Positions 36,882 to 46,195 are shown, numbered from the stretch's first letter. The stretch: 46,927 bases of DNA from Methanosarcinales archaeon (GCA_025464585.1 JAODGL010000092.1:1-46927); one strand, 5' to 3'. A program made the numbers and translations. Notes: generated by a model not told the origin, from the sequence alone.

Positions 36882-37349
36882 ATGGAAGCGATAATAAAGC
36901 TAAGGGGAAGCGTAGGAATAAGACCGGAGATAAAGCATACGTTAAGGCTTCTGCGTTTGCATAAGGTGAATCACTGCGCTATTGTGGAAGAGAATGATTA
37001 TTATAAGGGAATGATAAAGAAAGTGAAGGATTACATTGCCTGGGGAGAGATTTCCGAGGATATGCTTGAGCTTTTATTGAAAAATAGAGGTAGATTAGAA
37101 GGCGGTAAACGATTAGCCGAGCAGTATCTACGCGAGAATACTCCCTACGGGTCTTTCAAAGAACTTGCCCATGCTTTGTATGTAGGCGAAGTAGGGATGA
37201 AGGATTTGATGGAATACAAAATCAAACCTGTTTTCAGGCTGCATCCGCCAAGGAAAGGGCATAAGGGGATAAAAAGAAGTGTTAAGGAAGGTGGAGAACT
37301 CGGCTATCACGGCGATAAGATAAATGAGTTGTTGTATAAGATGCGGTGA
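36882..37349 (+). CDS. rpl30: 50S ribosomal protein L30 (uL30)
   Basis: 155 aa. IKLRGSVGIRPEIKHTLRLLRLHKVNHC, archaeal-type C-terminal extension. Confidence 0.95.
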   Translation: MEAIIKLRGSVGIRPEIKHTLRLLRLHKVNHCAIVEENDYYKGMIKKVKDYIAWGEISEDMLELLLKNRGRLEGGKRLAEQYLRENTPYGSFKELAHALYVGEVGMKDLMEYKIKPVFRLHPPRKGHKGIKRSVKEGGELGYHGDKINELLYKMR

Positions 37350-37353
37350 TACA

Positions 37354-37548
37354 ATGTTTTTGATAGGATTATTCTCCTCAAAAGCTATGGTAGCTGTGGG
37401 AATCTTATCAGGTTTAGCTATGGGGGCTTTAGGGTTGGTGCTAGACCCGTTTAAGGTTGATGAAGAAAAAAGCGTACGTATAGTAGAAGTAGGTGAAGGG
37501 AAGAAGGAGATTTGGGAAAGAGATTTGGGTGATAATAAAGGTAGATAA
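37354..37548 (+). CDS. Possible small membrane protein following rpl30
   Basis: 64 aa from the ATG at 37354 (MFLIGLFSSKAMVAVGILSGLAMGALGLVL...), then a charged tail. Occupies the position where rpl15/secY normally follow. No homology recognised. Confidence 0.3.
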   Translation: MFLIGLFSSKAMVAVGILSGLAMGALGLVLDPFKVDEEKSVRIVEVGEGKKEIWERDLGDNKGR

Positions 37549-37599
37549 TGAGCTCATCATCCCTTGTCTCCGGTTCTTCTTCCCAAAAATCCAGCTCTT

Positions 37600-37821
37600 T
37601 TAATTCCTTGAAGAAATCTCCGCCATGCCGTATAATCTGAAAATATCCAGAGCCACAAAAATATGGTCTATCCCCTTCCCTGGGTCTTCCTCAAAATGCT
37701 CGATTATCTCTTTCATTTGCTCACGTTCGCCCAGTGGAGCATAATAGTGGAGCAGGTAATAGTCATAATACGGATAATTTACTTTCTTCTTTTTCTTTTT
37801 CCCCTTCTTCTTTTTACTCAT
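37600..37821 (-). CDS. Possible small protein with poly-Lys N-terminus and Tyr-rich segment
   Basis: 73 aa: MSKKKKGKKKKKKVNYPYYDYYLLHYY... The open frame is the only evidence. Confidence 0.25.
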   Translation of the reverse strand: MSKKKKGKKKKKKVNYPYYDYYLLHYYAPLGEREQMKEIIEHFEEDPGKGIDHIFVALDIFRLYGMAEISSRN

Positions 37822-37889
37822 ACTTTAGTCAAAGAAACTGTTATTTTTAGTAAAGGTTTTTGCGTAGCAAAAAAGTTTATCTAAAAACG

Positions 37890-38573
37890 ATGCTCATGAA
37901 AGAAAAACCATGGAAAAATTGGGAACACATAACTAAGCTCGATCCGGACAAACATATCTCGAAAGACAATTTAAAAACCATCGTGGAAAGCGGAACAGAC
38001 GCAATAATGATCTCTGGCACACAAAACATCACTGGCAAGAACGTATCCCTGCTAATATCCATGCTGAAAGATTATGAAATACCAAAAATATTAGAGCCTG
38101 CAACTCCTGAAGCCGTCATGTATGAGCACATAGATTATATTTTTGTGCCTCTTGTTCTCAATTCCACAGATTTAGATTGGATTGTAGGCAAGCATAAGGA
38201 TTGGATAATGAACCAAACAATAGACTGGAAGAAGGTCATACCCGAGGCATATATAGTCCTGAATCCATTATCCGCAGTAGCTAAACTGACCAAATCAAAG
38301 ACCGACTTAACCTCAGATGAGGTCATCGCGTACGCGCTATACGCGGAGAAATATCTCCATCTCCCCATCATCTACATAGAATATAGTGGGACCTACGGCG
38401 ATCCTCAATTGGTAAAGCAACTGAGTGAATCACTAAGTGAAGCATCTCTGTTCTACGGTGGTGGGATAGACACAAAGGAGAAAGCAGCAGAGATGAAGAG
38501 ATATGTTGATGTTATCGTAGTTGGAAATGTAGTGTACACCAACATGGAAAAGTTTCTGAGAACCATTCCTTAA
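37890..38573 (+). CDS. Geranylgeranylglyceryl phosphate synthase (PcrB/GGGPS family)
   Basis: WEHITKLDPDK N-terminal motif, ISGTQ, YIEYSGTYGD, FYGGGI, VVGN. Start set at the ATG at 37890 (MLMKEKPW) rather than the upstream TTG of the track ORF. Confidence 0.9.
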   Translation: MLMKEKPWKNWEHITKLDPDKHISKDNLKTIVESGTDAIMISGTQNITGKNVSLLISMLKDYEIPKILEPATPEAVMYEHIDYIFVPLVLNSTDLDWIVGKHKDWIMNQTIDWKKVIPEAYIVLNPLSAVAKLTKSKTDLTSDEVIAYALYAEKYLHLPIIYIEYSGTYGDPQLVKQLSESLSEASLFYGGGIDTKEKAAEMKRYVDVIVVGNVVYTNMEKFLRTIP

Positions 38574-38589
38574 TGTTCATATTTTTTTC

Positions 38590-39033
38590 TCATTTAGCTA
38601 ATGAACGTGCTAGAATATATCCAATGAACGCTCCGATTCCAGTAGAAATTATAAAATTGTCAAACTTATCCCCTCTTTCTTCACTCAAGTCCTTTTTTAA
38701 TAATGCCTCTAACGCATCCGCATCATTTTGATTAATTTCATAGCTCTTCGCTTTATTTAAAAGCATGATTAATTTCTCCCGCTCTGCTTCTGTTAATGGA
38801 TTTGCTCTATGAGTAACTCTCTCTAAAAGTGCAGAAATTCCCTGGCGTACCAGCTCATCACCTACTTTATTCGTTAGAATTGAAATTTCAACGATTGATT
38901 TTCTTATCTCACATACGTCACTGCCCAGATTTCCCACCTTTTTCCCTAAATAGAATGACGATGCTAAGAGACCACTTGCTATTGAAAGTCCAGCCAGTGC
39001 GATTCCAAGTCCTGTGCTTATCTCAAGAACCAT
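38590..39033 (-). CDS. Hypothetical membrane protein (N- and C-terminal TM helices flanking a helical soluble region)
   Basis: 147 aa. GLGIALAGLSIASGLLASSFYL and IISTGIGAFIGYILA hydrophobic ends. No homology recognised. Confidence 0.5.
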   Translation of the reverse strand: MVLEISTGLGIALAGLSIASGLLASSFYLGKKVGNLGSDVCEIRKSIVEISILTNKVGDELVRQGISALLERVTHRANPLTEAEREKLIMLLNKAKSYEINQNDADALEALLKKDLSEERGDKFDNFIISTGIGAFIGYILARSLAK

Positions 39034-39135
39034 TTTATCTCTGATTTTAAATTTAATTATAACTGAAAGTATATAAAAACATTATCGAGTTCTAACAAAA
39101 AGCAATCTCCAGTGGAAACACAGGGGTGTGTCGGG

Positions 39136-40032
39136 TTAAAATATCCCACCAGTCACGGCTTCAGTTTGTATCTTCACCAGATAGCCTTCATATAAAGATT
39201 TTTTTATCTCAGAAATCTCTGATAGCTTCCTCTTCCCTATCTCTATATCCCTTACCCTACCTTCATCCCCCTCTTCTATCTTCACTCGTAATCCATCTAA
39301 GTGGATCACAACTGGGAACTCCTCACCTGCTTTTGGAGGCAGAGTCATCTCTATCATCTCTTTTATGAACAAAGGGGAAGCAGCCAAAGGGTCCTCTTCT
39401 ATCTCTTCTATCTTCTCATTCAAAACCTCCTTGAATGCTGCAGCCATCTCTTCTAATTTATCTATGTCCGATTTCCGGTTCATCCTGCGCGTCCTTCTGC
39501 CCACGCCACCAACATAATGTGGTATGTCAAGGTCTGGTGGACCGCCAACAATCATATAAGGCACCTCTAATGGCTCGCACAGTTTCGGCGCCTTCTCCTC
39601 TATGCACTCTTTAAAATCGCCAAATACAAATACAGCGGCGTCACATTCCTCTATTATCGCCTTCTCTTGCACGGTCATCTGTGCTATCCTCTTCCCTACT
39701 CCTCTCGCTAAACCCATCATATTTGTAATCGCACCTTTCCTGCGTAAAAACTCCGCTATGTCACACATCGGATAAACAGCATGGTGATTACCCAGAGAAG
39801 GAACTACTATCATTATTTCTGCACCTGCCAACGGCAAATCCTTTAACTTACCCCCCAAATCCTTCGCTTTATTCCGGATTCTCCGCTCTTCCTCCTCCGG
39901 AAATGCCAGATGCATCATTGTCTCCGTCTGCATCACCATCTCTTGTAATACAAAACCCCCTATATCCTCTATTGTCTCTTTTAACTCATGGAACTTATAC
40001 ACGCCGCCTGTGAACATCATTATTTTATACAT
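39136..40032 (-). CDS. Methanogenesis marker 7-like protein (MCR activation-associated)
   Basis: 298 aa. N-terminal FTGGVYKFHELKETIEDIGGFVLQE plus its length and position after a marker-17-like gene match my recollection of the family. Requires an HMM check (TIGR03274). Confidence 0.55.
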   Translation of the reverse strand: MYKIMMFTGGVYKFHELKETIEDIGGFVLQEMVMQTETMMHLAFPEEEERRIRNKAKDLGGKLKDLPLAGAEIMIVVPSLGNHHAVYPMCDIAEFLRRKGAITNMMGLARGVGKRIAQMTVQEKAIIEECDAAVFVFGDFKECIEEKAPKLCEPLEVPYMIVGGPPDLDIPHYVGGVGRRTRRMNRKSDIDKLEEMAAAFKEVLNEKIEEIEEDPLAASPLFIKEMIEMTLPPKAGEEFPVVIHLDGLRVKIEEGDEGRVRDIEIGKRKLSEISEIKKSLYEGYLVKIQTEAVTGGIF

Positions 40033-40033
40033 C

Positions 40034-40597
40034 TCATGTACCTCCTTTGCTTGAAGCCATCTTTCTCATTATCTCTTTCGCTTTTTCCTTCCACTCCTCC
40101 GCTATGGGATTCTCTGAAGCGATAATGGTTATTCCTGCGGTGGAAGGCATAGGATACCGTACCCGGGCACCCTCTGGCAGTATCCTATCTATTCCATCTA
40201 ATACCCTCGAGTTTAAATCCTCTCTGGGGTCATATACAATCAAATTCATAACTTCTGCTATTTCCTCATCCTTCAATTCAAGTCCTATCACTAATCTGCT
40301 TATTTGTTGAACGCGCTCCCCGTATTTATCCCACAGCAGAGCAAGCAATTTAGGAGCATATTTCTCGTCTGTGATCCTTAACTTATCCCCTTCTCGCTGC
40401 GTTACATCCCATACCTTTACAGGGCTTGGCACCCTGCCTATCTCGACAGAGAGTATAAAAACGTGTTCCGCAGCATTACAATACATGTATACCTGCTCTA
40501 TGTTACTTCTCAGTCCTATGTCCCTGAATGTATCATCGCATATCTTCTCATAACTCGCGTTTGCAAACTCATCTCCCCCCTCTACTTTTACTTCCAT
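40034..40597 (-). CDS. Methanogenesis marker 17-like protein
   Basis: 187 aa, tightly packed (1-nt gaps) between the ASKHA-type gene and the marker-7-like gene. Length and context fit TIGR03291. No motif known to me for confirmation. Confidence 0.5.
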   Translation of the reverse strand: MEVKVEGGDEFANASYEKICDDTFRDIGLRSNIEQVYMYCNAAEHVFILSVEIGRVPSPVKVWDVTQREGDKLRITDEKYAPKLLALLWDKYGERVQQISRLVIGLELKDEEIAEVMNLIVYDPREDLNSRVLDGIDRILPEGARVRYPMPSTAGITIIASENPIAEEWKEKAKEIMRKMASSKGGT

Positions 40598-40598
40598 C

Positions 40599-42038
40599 TC
40601 AAAGACCTCCCTTCTGCCTCTTTACTCTTTTCCCATATACACACCCACGACCTTGAACGCCACCTATGGGGTTCTCCGGTGTGCCAAACTGGTGCATGCA
40701 CCTGCCAAGAACTGCTGCACCCCTCGCCAGGGCATCATCCGCAAATATCACTTCCGTATCCATTCTCCTTCCAAATAATCTGCTCAACTTTTCCAGTATT
40801 ATCTCAGGCTTCCGCCCCGTTATCCCTGCTCTACCCGTTATTCCTATTTTTGTGTTAGGTAATAATAAACCTTCCGCTTTTGCGATCCCTACTAATTCTT
40901 CCACCACACACGCTGATAGCTCATCTATTACGGGTAAAATATAATGTTCTCCTTCCTCTTTTGCAAGCTCTACGCCGATATCCGCTATTTTAGGTAGCTC
41001 AGAGAGGTTATGTCCAGCATCCACGCCAATTAACACTACCCCATTCCTCTCCGCTGCTTCTACATTCACGGGAACGCCGCCTACTCTGTGACCACTTTTT
41101 ACTTTTTCTATCCGCACATGTTTGAGAATATTTTCTGTATATTCTGTCACTACATCCTTTTTTATCCGCCCCTTCTTTTTCTGTAAATCAAGTACAGAAG
41201 GGAAATCAACGGGCACAATTTTTGATACCACTGCGTCAGGGATTGCACCAGCTAAACCGCAAAAGTTACCTATAACACGAGCATACGGCAACCCATCATC
41301 TGTTATTCGACCTGCGAGCGTGGTACCGAAATCCAAAGATAGAACGGGGTTACGGTAATCAACATCGAGCCATTTAGCGGCTTCCTTAAGTCCAGCGGTT
41401 ACAAGCTCCCCTTCCATCTCGTTCCCCACTATCGACTCCCCTGCGGGAGGCATGTTCCCGGTTACAGCCCCGTCAAAATGAGTCTTTTCCATTCTTGAAA
41501 ACGCCCTCAGTTCTGGTGCGATATTTTCTACCGTCATGGGGGAAATCATCTTCCTCGGGGGCACACCAGCGAGCATACATCCTTTTGCTAACGCTTTTAT
41601 TACGCCTTCAACCTCCTCAATTTTTGAGAAACATGCCGTTACACCTGTGGAGCGAACAACGAAATGCAAGTCTGGGATAGTAATGCCTGCGGATTTCGCG
41701 CAGTCCTGCAATGTCCTTTTTACCAAATCTGCTATGGACTCTTCGGAAAGGTCCACCAAGCTTAACGTGTGGCAGAACGAATCATGGTCAGACCGAGCCT
41801 CTCTGGTCATCTTAACTGCTTTGTCAAGGATATAAGTCTTTCCGCTTTTTAAATCCGTAGCGGTCAATATAGATTTGGTGGTGCTGTTCCCAAGCTCAAC
41901 GCTTGCAGCAATAAAAATGGGTCTTAACGTAAGGTCGCCTCTGGAAAGGCGTAATATAAAAAACAAATCCGCGTAACTGATCTTCTTGGTCCTAAGCAAT
42001 CTTGGCTGATACTTCTTCCCAAATATGCCCATTACCAT
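40599..42038 (-). CDS. ASKHA-fold (BadF/BcrA/HgdC-like) ATPase, methanogenesis marker 14/15-type
   Basis: 479 aa. Phosphate-1-like ELGNSTTKSIL and a later IGVDAGHN. First gene of a three-gene minus-strand operon divergent from mtr. About 45 aa of N-terminal extension before the ATPase core. Confidence 0.55.
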   Translation of the reverse strand: MVMGIFGKKYQPRLLRTKKISYADLFFILRLSRGDLTLRPIFIAASVELGNSTTKSILTATDLKSGKTYILDKAVKMTREARSDHDSFCHTLSLVDLSEESIADLVKRTLQDCAKSAGITIPDLHFVVRSTGVTACFSKIEEVEGVIKALAKGCMLAGVPPRKMISPMTVENIAPELRAFSRMEKTHFDGAVTGNMPPAGESIVGNEMEGELVTAGLKEAAKWLDVDYRNPVLSLDFGTTLAGRITDDGLPYARVIGNFCGLAGAIPDAVVSKIVPVDFPSVLDLQKKKGRIKKDVVTEYTENILKHVRIEKVKSGHRVGGVPVNVEAAERNGVVLIGVDAGHNLSELPKIADIGVELAKEEGEHYILPVIDELSACVVEELVGIAKAEGLLLPNTKIGITGRAGITGRKPEIILEKLSRLFGRRMDTEVIFADDALARGAAVLGRCMHQFGTPENPIGGVQGRGCVYGKRVKRQKGGL

Positions 42039-42236
42039 TTTTTCCTTTCTTTAACAACTATCGTGTGTATGGTATAAAAGTATCATCGGAATAAATATCT
42101 TGTCTATTTTTGCAGTCAACTTCTCATTATCATCATGTCCAGGTGTTTGTTACCCGCTCGGATAGTGGTTCTAACCCAAAACAAAAGTTATTTATGTTTC
42201 CCCTTTCTTGCTTACAAAATCTTGTGAGAAAAAAAT

Positions 42237-42250
42237 AGAAAACTTTATAT
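42237..42250 (+). promoter_or_regulatory. BRE/TATA-like element AGAAAACTTTATAT upstream of mtrE
   Basis: Ends 24 nt before the mtrE ATG (42274), which has no Shine-Dalgarno sequence. This would imply a leaderless or near-leaderless transcript. Speculative. Confidence 0.25.
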
Positions 42251-42273
42251 GGTGTTATTCAAAATTTTTCATC

Positions 42274-43230
42274 ATGCCAGTAATAAGTTTGTTTGCATGG
42301 CTGTTGGTGATAGTGTTTCTAGCGTTCATAGCGTGCATGTTCGAGGACTTGGAGTCTGACGTTGGGTCGCAGAGTAATCCGAACTCGCAAGTGCAGTTGG
42401 CACCAGAGATGGGGTATATACACCGGTACTACAATAAAGCGATATCGGGAGAAGGGCTATCATATGCGCTGGCGTGCACCATAGCAGGAACTATCGCATT
42501 ACTGCTGTTGTTAAAGTTTGAGCCTACTTACGGACCAAGAGCAGCGATATTAGCGATACCCGTAGGTGCAGCAGTGGGGTCTATTTCGCACATGATTCGT
42601 GCCTCTGTCTGTTATCCGGGGAGAGAATCAGCGCATAAAAGGTTTGAGCAGCCTATTTATCTCGATGTCTTCTACGGGCACTTAGTTCCTATCGCAACCC
42701 ACAACTTCATTGCAGTGATATGCATTACGGGGATTGCATATATACAGAGCAATCTAACAGTGCTTTCTGGTGTGTCGGGAGCGTCGAATCCGTTTCCGCT
42801 TCCCTTGCTTTGCCTTATCTGGGGAATAACAGTCGGCGCAATCGGTTCTTCTACCGGGGATATCCACTATGGTACGGAGAGAGAGTTTCAGGATAGACCT
42901 TTTGGAGAGGGTAGGCGAGTAGTTTACCACGGGCAAATATGCAGGTATGGGGATTGCGGTATAAGGACGTCAAAGGATATAGTAGCGTTCTGCGCTAAAT
43001 ACGGCGGTCCTGCTACGGGTTTGACCTTCGGGCTGATCGTTCTATTCGAGAACTGGAGAACAGTGATAGGAATGATGCTCGGTGGATTGGCTGGAGCAGC
43101 TTGGAACCCCGGTATAGCAGCGGTGAGTGGTATTGGACTGGGAATAGCAGTTGCGATAGTGTTGATAGTGCTGAACACATGGCTCGTGAGATGGGCAAGG
43201 AAGAAGTTCGGACCTTTTGTAGGTGAGTAG
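42274..43230 (+). CDS. mtrE: Tetrahydromethanopterin S-methyltransferase subunit E
   Basis: FEDLESDVGSQSNPNSQVQLAPEMG hallmark motif. Polytopic. Start set at the ATG at 42274 (MPVISLF...). Confidence 0.95.
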   Translation: MPVISLFAWLLVIVFLAFIACMFEDLESDVGSQSNPNSQVQLAPEMGYIHRYYNKAISGEGLSYALACTIAGTIALLLLLKFEPTYGPRAAILAIPVGAAVGSISHMIRASVCYPGRESAHKRFEQPIYLDVFYGHLVPIATHNFIAVICITGIAYIQSNLTVLSGVSGASNPFPLPLLCLIWGITVGAIGSSTGDIHYGTEREFQDRPFGEGRRVVYHGQICRYGDCGIRTSKDIVAFCAKYGGPATGLTFGLIVLFENWRTVIGMMLGGLAGAAWNPGIAAVSGIGLGIAVAIVLIVLNTWLVRWARKKFGPFVGE

Positions 43231-43270
43231 AGTAGAGAAAAAAGGAGGAAAGAAAAAAAGGAGAGAAAAA

Positions 43271-44005
43271 ATGGAACCAATAATCTTGGCGATAATATTG
43301 GTATGTATAATAATAGGAGGAATGCTGGGGTCGCTGGGAGTTCATCTATTACCTGTGGGTGGTGCACCCGCAGCGATGGCTACTGCCACGGGAATCGCGA
43401 CAGGATGCGTAATGCTAATGACCGGTTCAGCAGTGACGGGCTTGTTCACAGCATCCACGGTAGCGGCATTTTGGGAATCAAACCCAAGTGTATTGCTCGT
43501 TTCCCTGTCCGGAGGTGTGGGAGCGATGTTGATGATGGGCTTTACAATGCTCATAGCAAATCTGATATACATCTTTGGAGCAGGTGTCGTTCCCGTATCT
43601 GGTAGAGCAGCAGTGGACCCGATAACAAAAGAATCGCAGACGGAATACAAGACGCCTCGAACCGATGGTCACGGAGTTCCAAATGTGTGCTTCTATTCAG
43701 GCATGATAGGGGGACTTGCAGGGGGATTCGGCGGTGCGCTTATTTACGTGGTGTTGGAATCGGATGTTTATGCGAACTTCCCGGTAGCAATTGCAGCGGT
43801 CGTAGCATTGGGGATATTTATAGCCAACGCTATTATGGCTGCGTACAACATAGGAGGAACCATAGAAGGGTTCCACGACCCGAAGTTCAAAGAGCGCATT
43901 GTTACAGGGCTTACCTGTGCTTTTGTCATTTCCCTGATGTGTGGAATCATCGTAGTGATAGCTATTGAGACCGGTGTGCTGGAAGCAGTGGGAGGTGTGT
44001 TGTAA
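43271..44005 (+). CDS. mtrD: Tetrahydromethanopterin S-methyltransferase subunit D
   Basis: LLPVGGAPAAMATATGIATG motif. Polytopic. Start set at the ATG at 43271 (MEPIILA...). Confidence 0.95.
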   Translation: MEPIILAIILVCIIIGGMLGSLGVHLLPVGGAPAAMATATGIATGCVMLMTGSAVTGLFTASTVAAFWESNPSVLLVSLSGGVGAMLMMGFTMLIANLIYIFGAGVVPVSGRAAVDPITKESQTEYKTPRTDGHGVPNVCFYSGMIGGLAGGFGGALIYVVLESDVYANFPVAIAAVVALGIFIANAIMAAYNIGGTIEGFHDPKFKERIVTGLTCAFVISLMCGIIVVIAIETGVLEAVGGVL

Positions 44006-44006
44006 G

Positions 44007-44900
44007 ATGACCGTTACACCAGCAGTAGAGGAAGAAGAGAAGAAGGAGGAGGAGGAGAAACCAAAAGAGAAGTTCGAGTTCTCTTTTGACTACTTCAACG
44101 AGTCAAGACTGGGGCTATTTGCACTTATCGTGGGAGCGATAATAGCAGTTGCGTCATTTTTCCCTCCCTTGCCCGCATTCGTAAAGGGGATAGGTGCTAT
44201 GCTTGTCATCGTTTGGGGCGCGGATTCCGTGCGTAAAACAGCGAGATACGGATTGGGAACGGGTGTTCCGTCTATTGGCGTGCTTGCAGTAGGATTCGGA
44301 CTCGCAGGTGCAATAACTGGAATGGCAATTGGGTCAGAGATATATCACTATTTCGGGATAATAGGCATATTGGGGATTTTAGCAGGAGTGGCATTTATGG
44401 CTGTTGTTGGTTATGTCTCGGGTGTGCTTGCAAATAACGAGAAGTTCATCGGTATGAAGATACCAGGTCTGGAGCGAGGGATGGCGGAATTAGCTATGGC
44501 AGGAACATTGGCAATCACACTTGAAAGCTCAATAGTGGCAGGCACGTGGTACAGTGCGGCTATAATGAGTCCTATAAAAGGATATGATGTCACGCCAGCG
44601 GCTTTCTTTGCGGTTATATTCATCCTGTCAGGGTTCGGAATGCTGCAGCCTTACAATTCATGCCTCGGTGCTGATGAGCGTAGAGGGAGAACACTGCTCA
44701 TGGCTATTGAGATCGGAGGGATAAACTGCATCATCTTAGGTGCTGTTGCTACTATGAGTTTAGGTGCAGTTCAGGGTGTTCCCTTGATTGTGTTAGGGGC
44801 AATCGTCTGGGTGGTCTATTATAGAGCATACATGAAAGCATGTATGGCTGAGGCATACGGAACCCCGGGTACGGGGTTGATAAAAACCTTAGGAGGATAG
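44007..44900 (+). CDS. mtrC: Tetrahydromethanopterin S-methyltransferase subunit C
   Basis: VWGADSVRKTARYGLGTGVPSIGVLA motif. Start set at the ATG at 44007, 1 nt after the mtrD stop. Confidence 0.92.
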   Translation: MTVTPAVEEEEKKEEEEKPKEKFEFSFDYFNESRLGLFALIVGAIIAVASFFPPLPAFVKGIGAMLVIVWGADSVRKTARYGLGTGVPSIGVLAVGFGLAGAITGMAIGSEIYHYFGIIGILGILAGVAFMAVVGYVSGVLANNEKFIGMKIPGLERGMAELAMAGTLAITLESSIVAGTWYSAAIMSPIKGYDVTPAAFFAVIFILSGFGMLQPYNSCLGADERRGRTLLMAIEIGGINCIILGAVATMSLGAVQGVPLIVLGAIVWVVYYRAYMKACMAEAYGTPGTGLIKTLGG

Positions 44901-44914
44901 AGAAGCGAGAAAAA

Positions 44915-45223
44915 ATGGTAGTAATAATAAATGAAAAACTCGGGGTTGTTTTGGACGATGCAACGCTAACAGTGGGAGAAGCGAAACCAGGTGTGTATAA
45001 AGTGTGCTTAGGACCGATAGAAGACCAGTTGGATATTTTGGAAGGGGCGGTAGACGAGCTTTTTGACATCCTCTCTCCTACAACTACCTACAAAATGGCA
45101 CAGCCTAACCGGGAGGGGATAACAAATACAGCAGGTTTTATCACGATGCTAATGCTTGGTTTGACGTTCGGGGTACTGGTAATAGCGATTGTATTGTATG
45201 GCATAGGATTAGGAGGTGCATGA
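44915..45223 (+). CDS. mtrB: Tetrahydromethanopterin S-methyltransferase subunit B
   Basis: 102 aa with a C-terminal TM, in the canonical position between mtrC and mtrA. Confidence 0.9.
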   Translation: MVVIINEKLGVVLDDATLTVGEAKPGVYKVCLGPIEDQLDILEGAVDELFDILSPTTTYKMAQPNREGITNTAGFITMLMLGLTFGVLVIAIVLYGIGLGGA

Positions 45224-45229
45224 ACAAGA

Positions 45230-45988
45230 ATGGCAGAGAAGAAAGAACCGGCAAAGGGATGGCCCGTTGCGAGTGGTGATTATACGGTGGGGGATCCAAA
45301 TAATCCTGTTGCGGTATCCTCATCCGGCGGGCATTTTAAAGACGATGTTGCTGCGGACTTTATCAGTGCAGGTGCAGCGATAGTAGGGTCTTGTAAAACG
45401 GAGAACATCGGGTTGGAGAAACAGATAGCGAATATTATCAGCAATCCAAATATAAGGTTCTATATCCTTTCAGGACCTGAAGTTCCGGGGCATGTATGCG
45501 GTGGTTCGTTGAAGAAACTGCATGAAAAAGGTGTGGACCCAGAATCGCATAAGATAATAGATGCGCCGGGTGCAATACCGTTCATCGAGAACGTGCCACA
45601 CGAAGCAGTCGAGAGATTCAGACAGCAGGTGGAGCTGATTGACATGCTTGGCGTAGAGGATCCGGGAGCGATAAAAGCGAAGATACAGGAGTGTATGACA
45701 AAAGACCCGGGTGCTTTTCCTGAAGACCCGATGGTGGTGAAGGTCGGGGAAGAGGAGGAAGTAGCAGCAGAGATAGAGCTACCCTTAGCTATGCCCGCAG
45801 ACCCCTTCATGGGCGTGATAAATGATTCGGTCGAAGGTATAAGATACAAATCGCAGATGTTAGCTCGTGACTACAAGTTGTCCATGGCAATCTCAAAGAA
45901 TTCAATCACGGGATTAATAGCAGGGTTTATACTCGCTTTTCTGTTCCTTCTACCGTTTATTTACTGGGCTTTAACGGGGGTGATATAG
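45230..45988 (+). CDS. mtrA: Tetrahydromethanopterin S-methyltransferase subunit A (corrinoid-binding)
   Basis: 252 aa. GWPVASGDYTVGDP, SGPEVPGHVCGGSL (region of the His corrinoid ligand), C-terminal TM anchor. Confidence 0.95.
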   Translation: MAEKKEPAKGWPVASGDYTVGDPNNPVAVSSSGGHFKDDVAADFISAGAAIVGSCKTENIGLEKQIANIISNPNIRFYILSGPEVPGHVCGGSLKKLHEKGVDPESHKIIDAPGAIPFIENVPHEAVERFRQQVELIDMLGVEDPGAIKAKIQECMTKDPGAFPEDPMVVKVGEEEEVAAEIELPLAMPADPFMGVINDSVEGIRYKSQMLARDYKLSMAISKNSITGLIAGFILAFLFLLPFIYWALTGVI

Positions 45989-46195
45989 ATGCCACCACAG
46001 AAAGTAGAGCAACAGACACCTGAAACATCGGTAATAACGGCAAGAATAGAAGACCTGAAGAAACTGGTAACAGTAATAGGAAAAGATTCGAGATTCGCCG
46101 CGGGGCTCTGGGTAGGTTTTGTAAAAGGAGTTGCATTAGGCGTCCTGTTGAGTATGGTACTTGCCGGCTTGAAAATCGTGTTGGCAGGTGTATAA
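45989..46195 (+). CDS. mtrF: Tetrahydromethanopterin S-methyltransferase subunit F
   Basis: 68 aa with a single C-terminal TM. Its ATG directly abuts the mtrA stop. Canonical operon position. Confidence 0.85.
   Translation: MPPQKVEQQTPETSVITARIEDLKKLVTVIGKDSRFAAGLWVGFVKGVALGVLLSMVLAGLKIVLAGV

Noticed and set aside
42208-42273. N-terminal extensions of mtrE (42208), mtrD (43223) and mtrC (43965) in the ORF track
   Set aside because: The extensions begin at non-ATG codons or overlap the preceding gene, and they add non-conserved residues. Internal ATGs at 42274, 43271 and 44007 give canonical Mtr N-termini with tight gene spacing.
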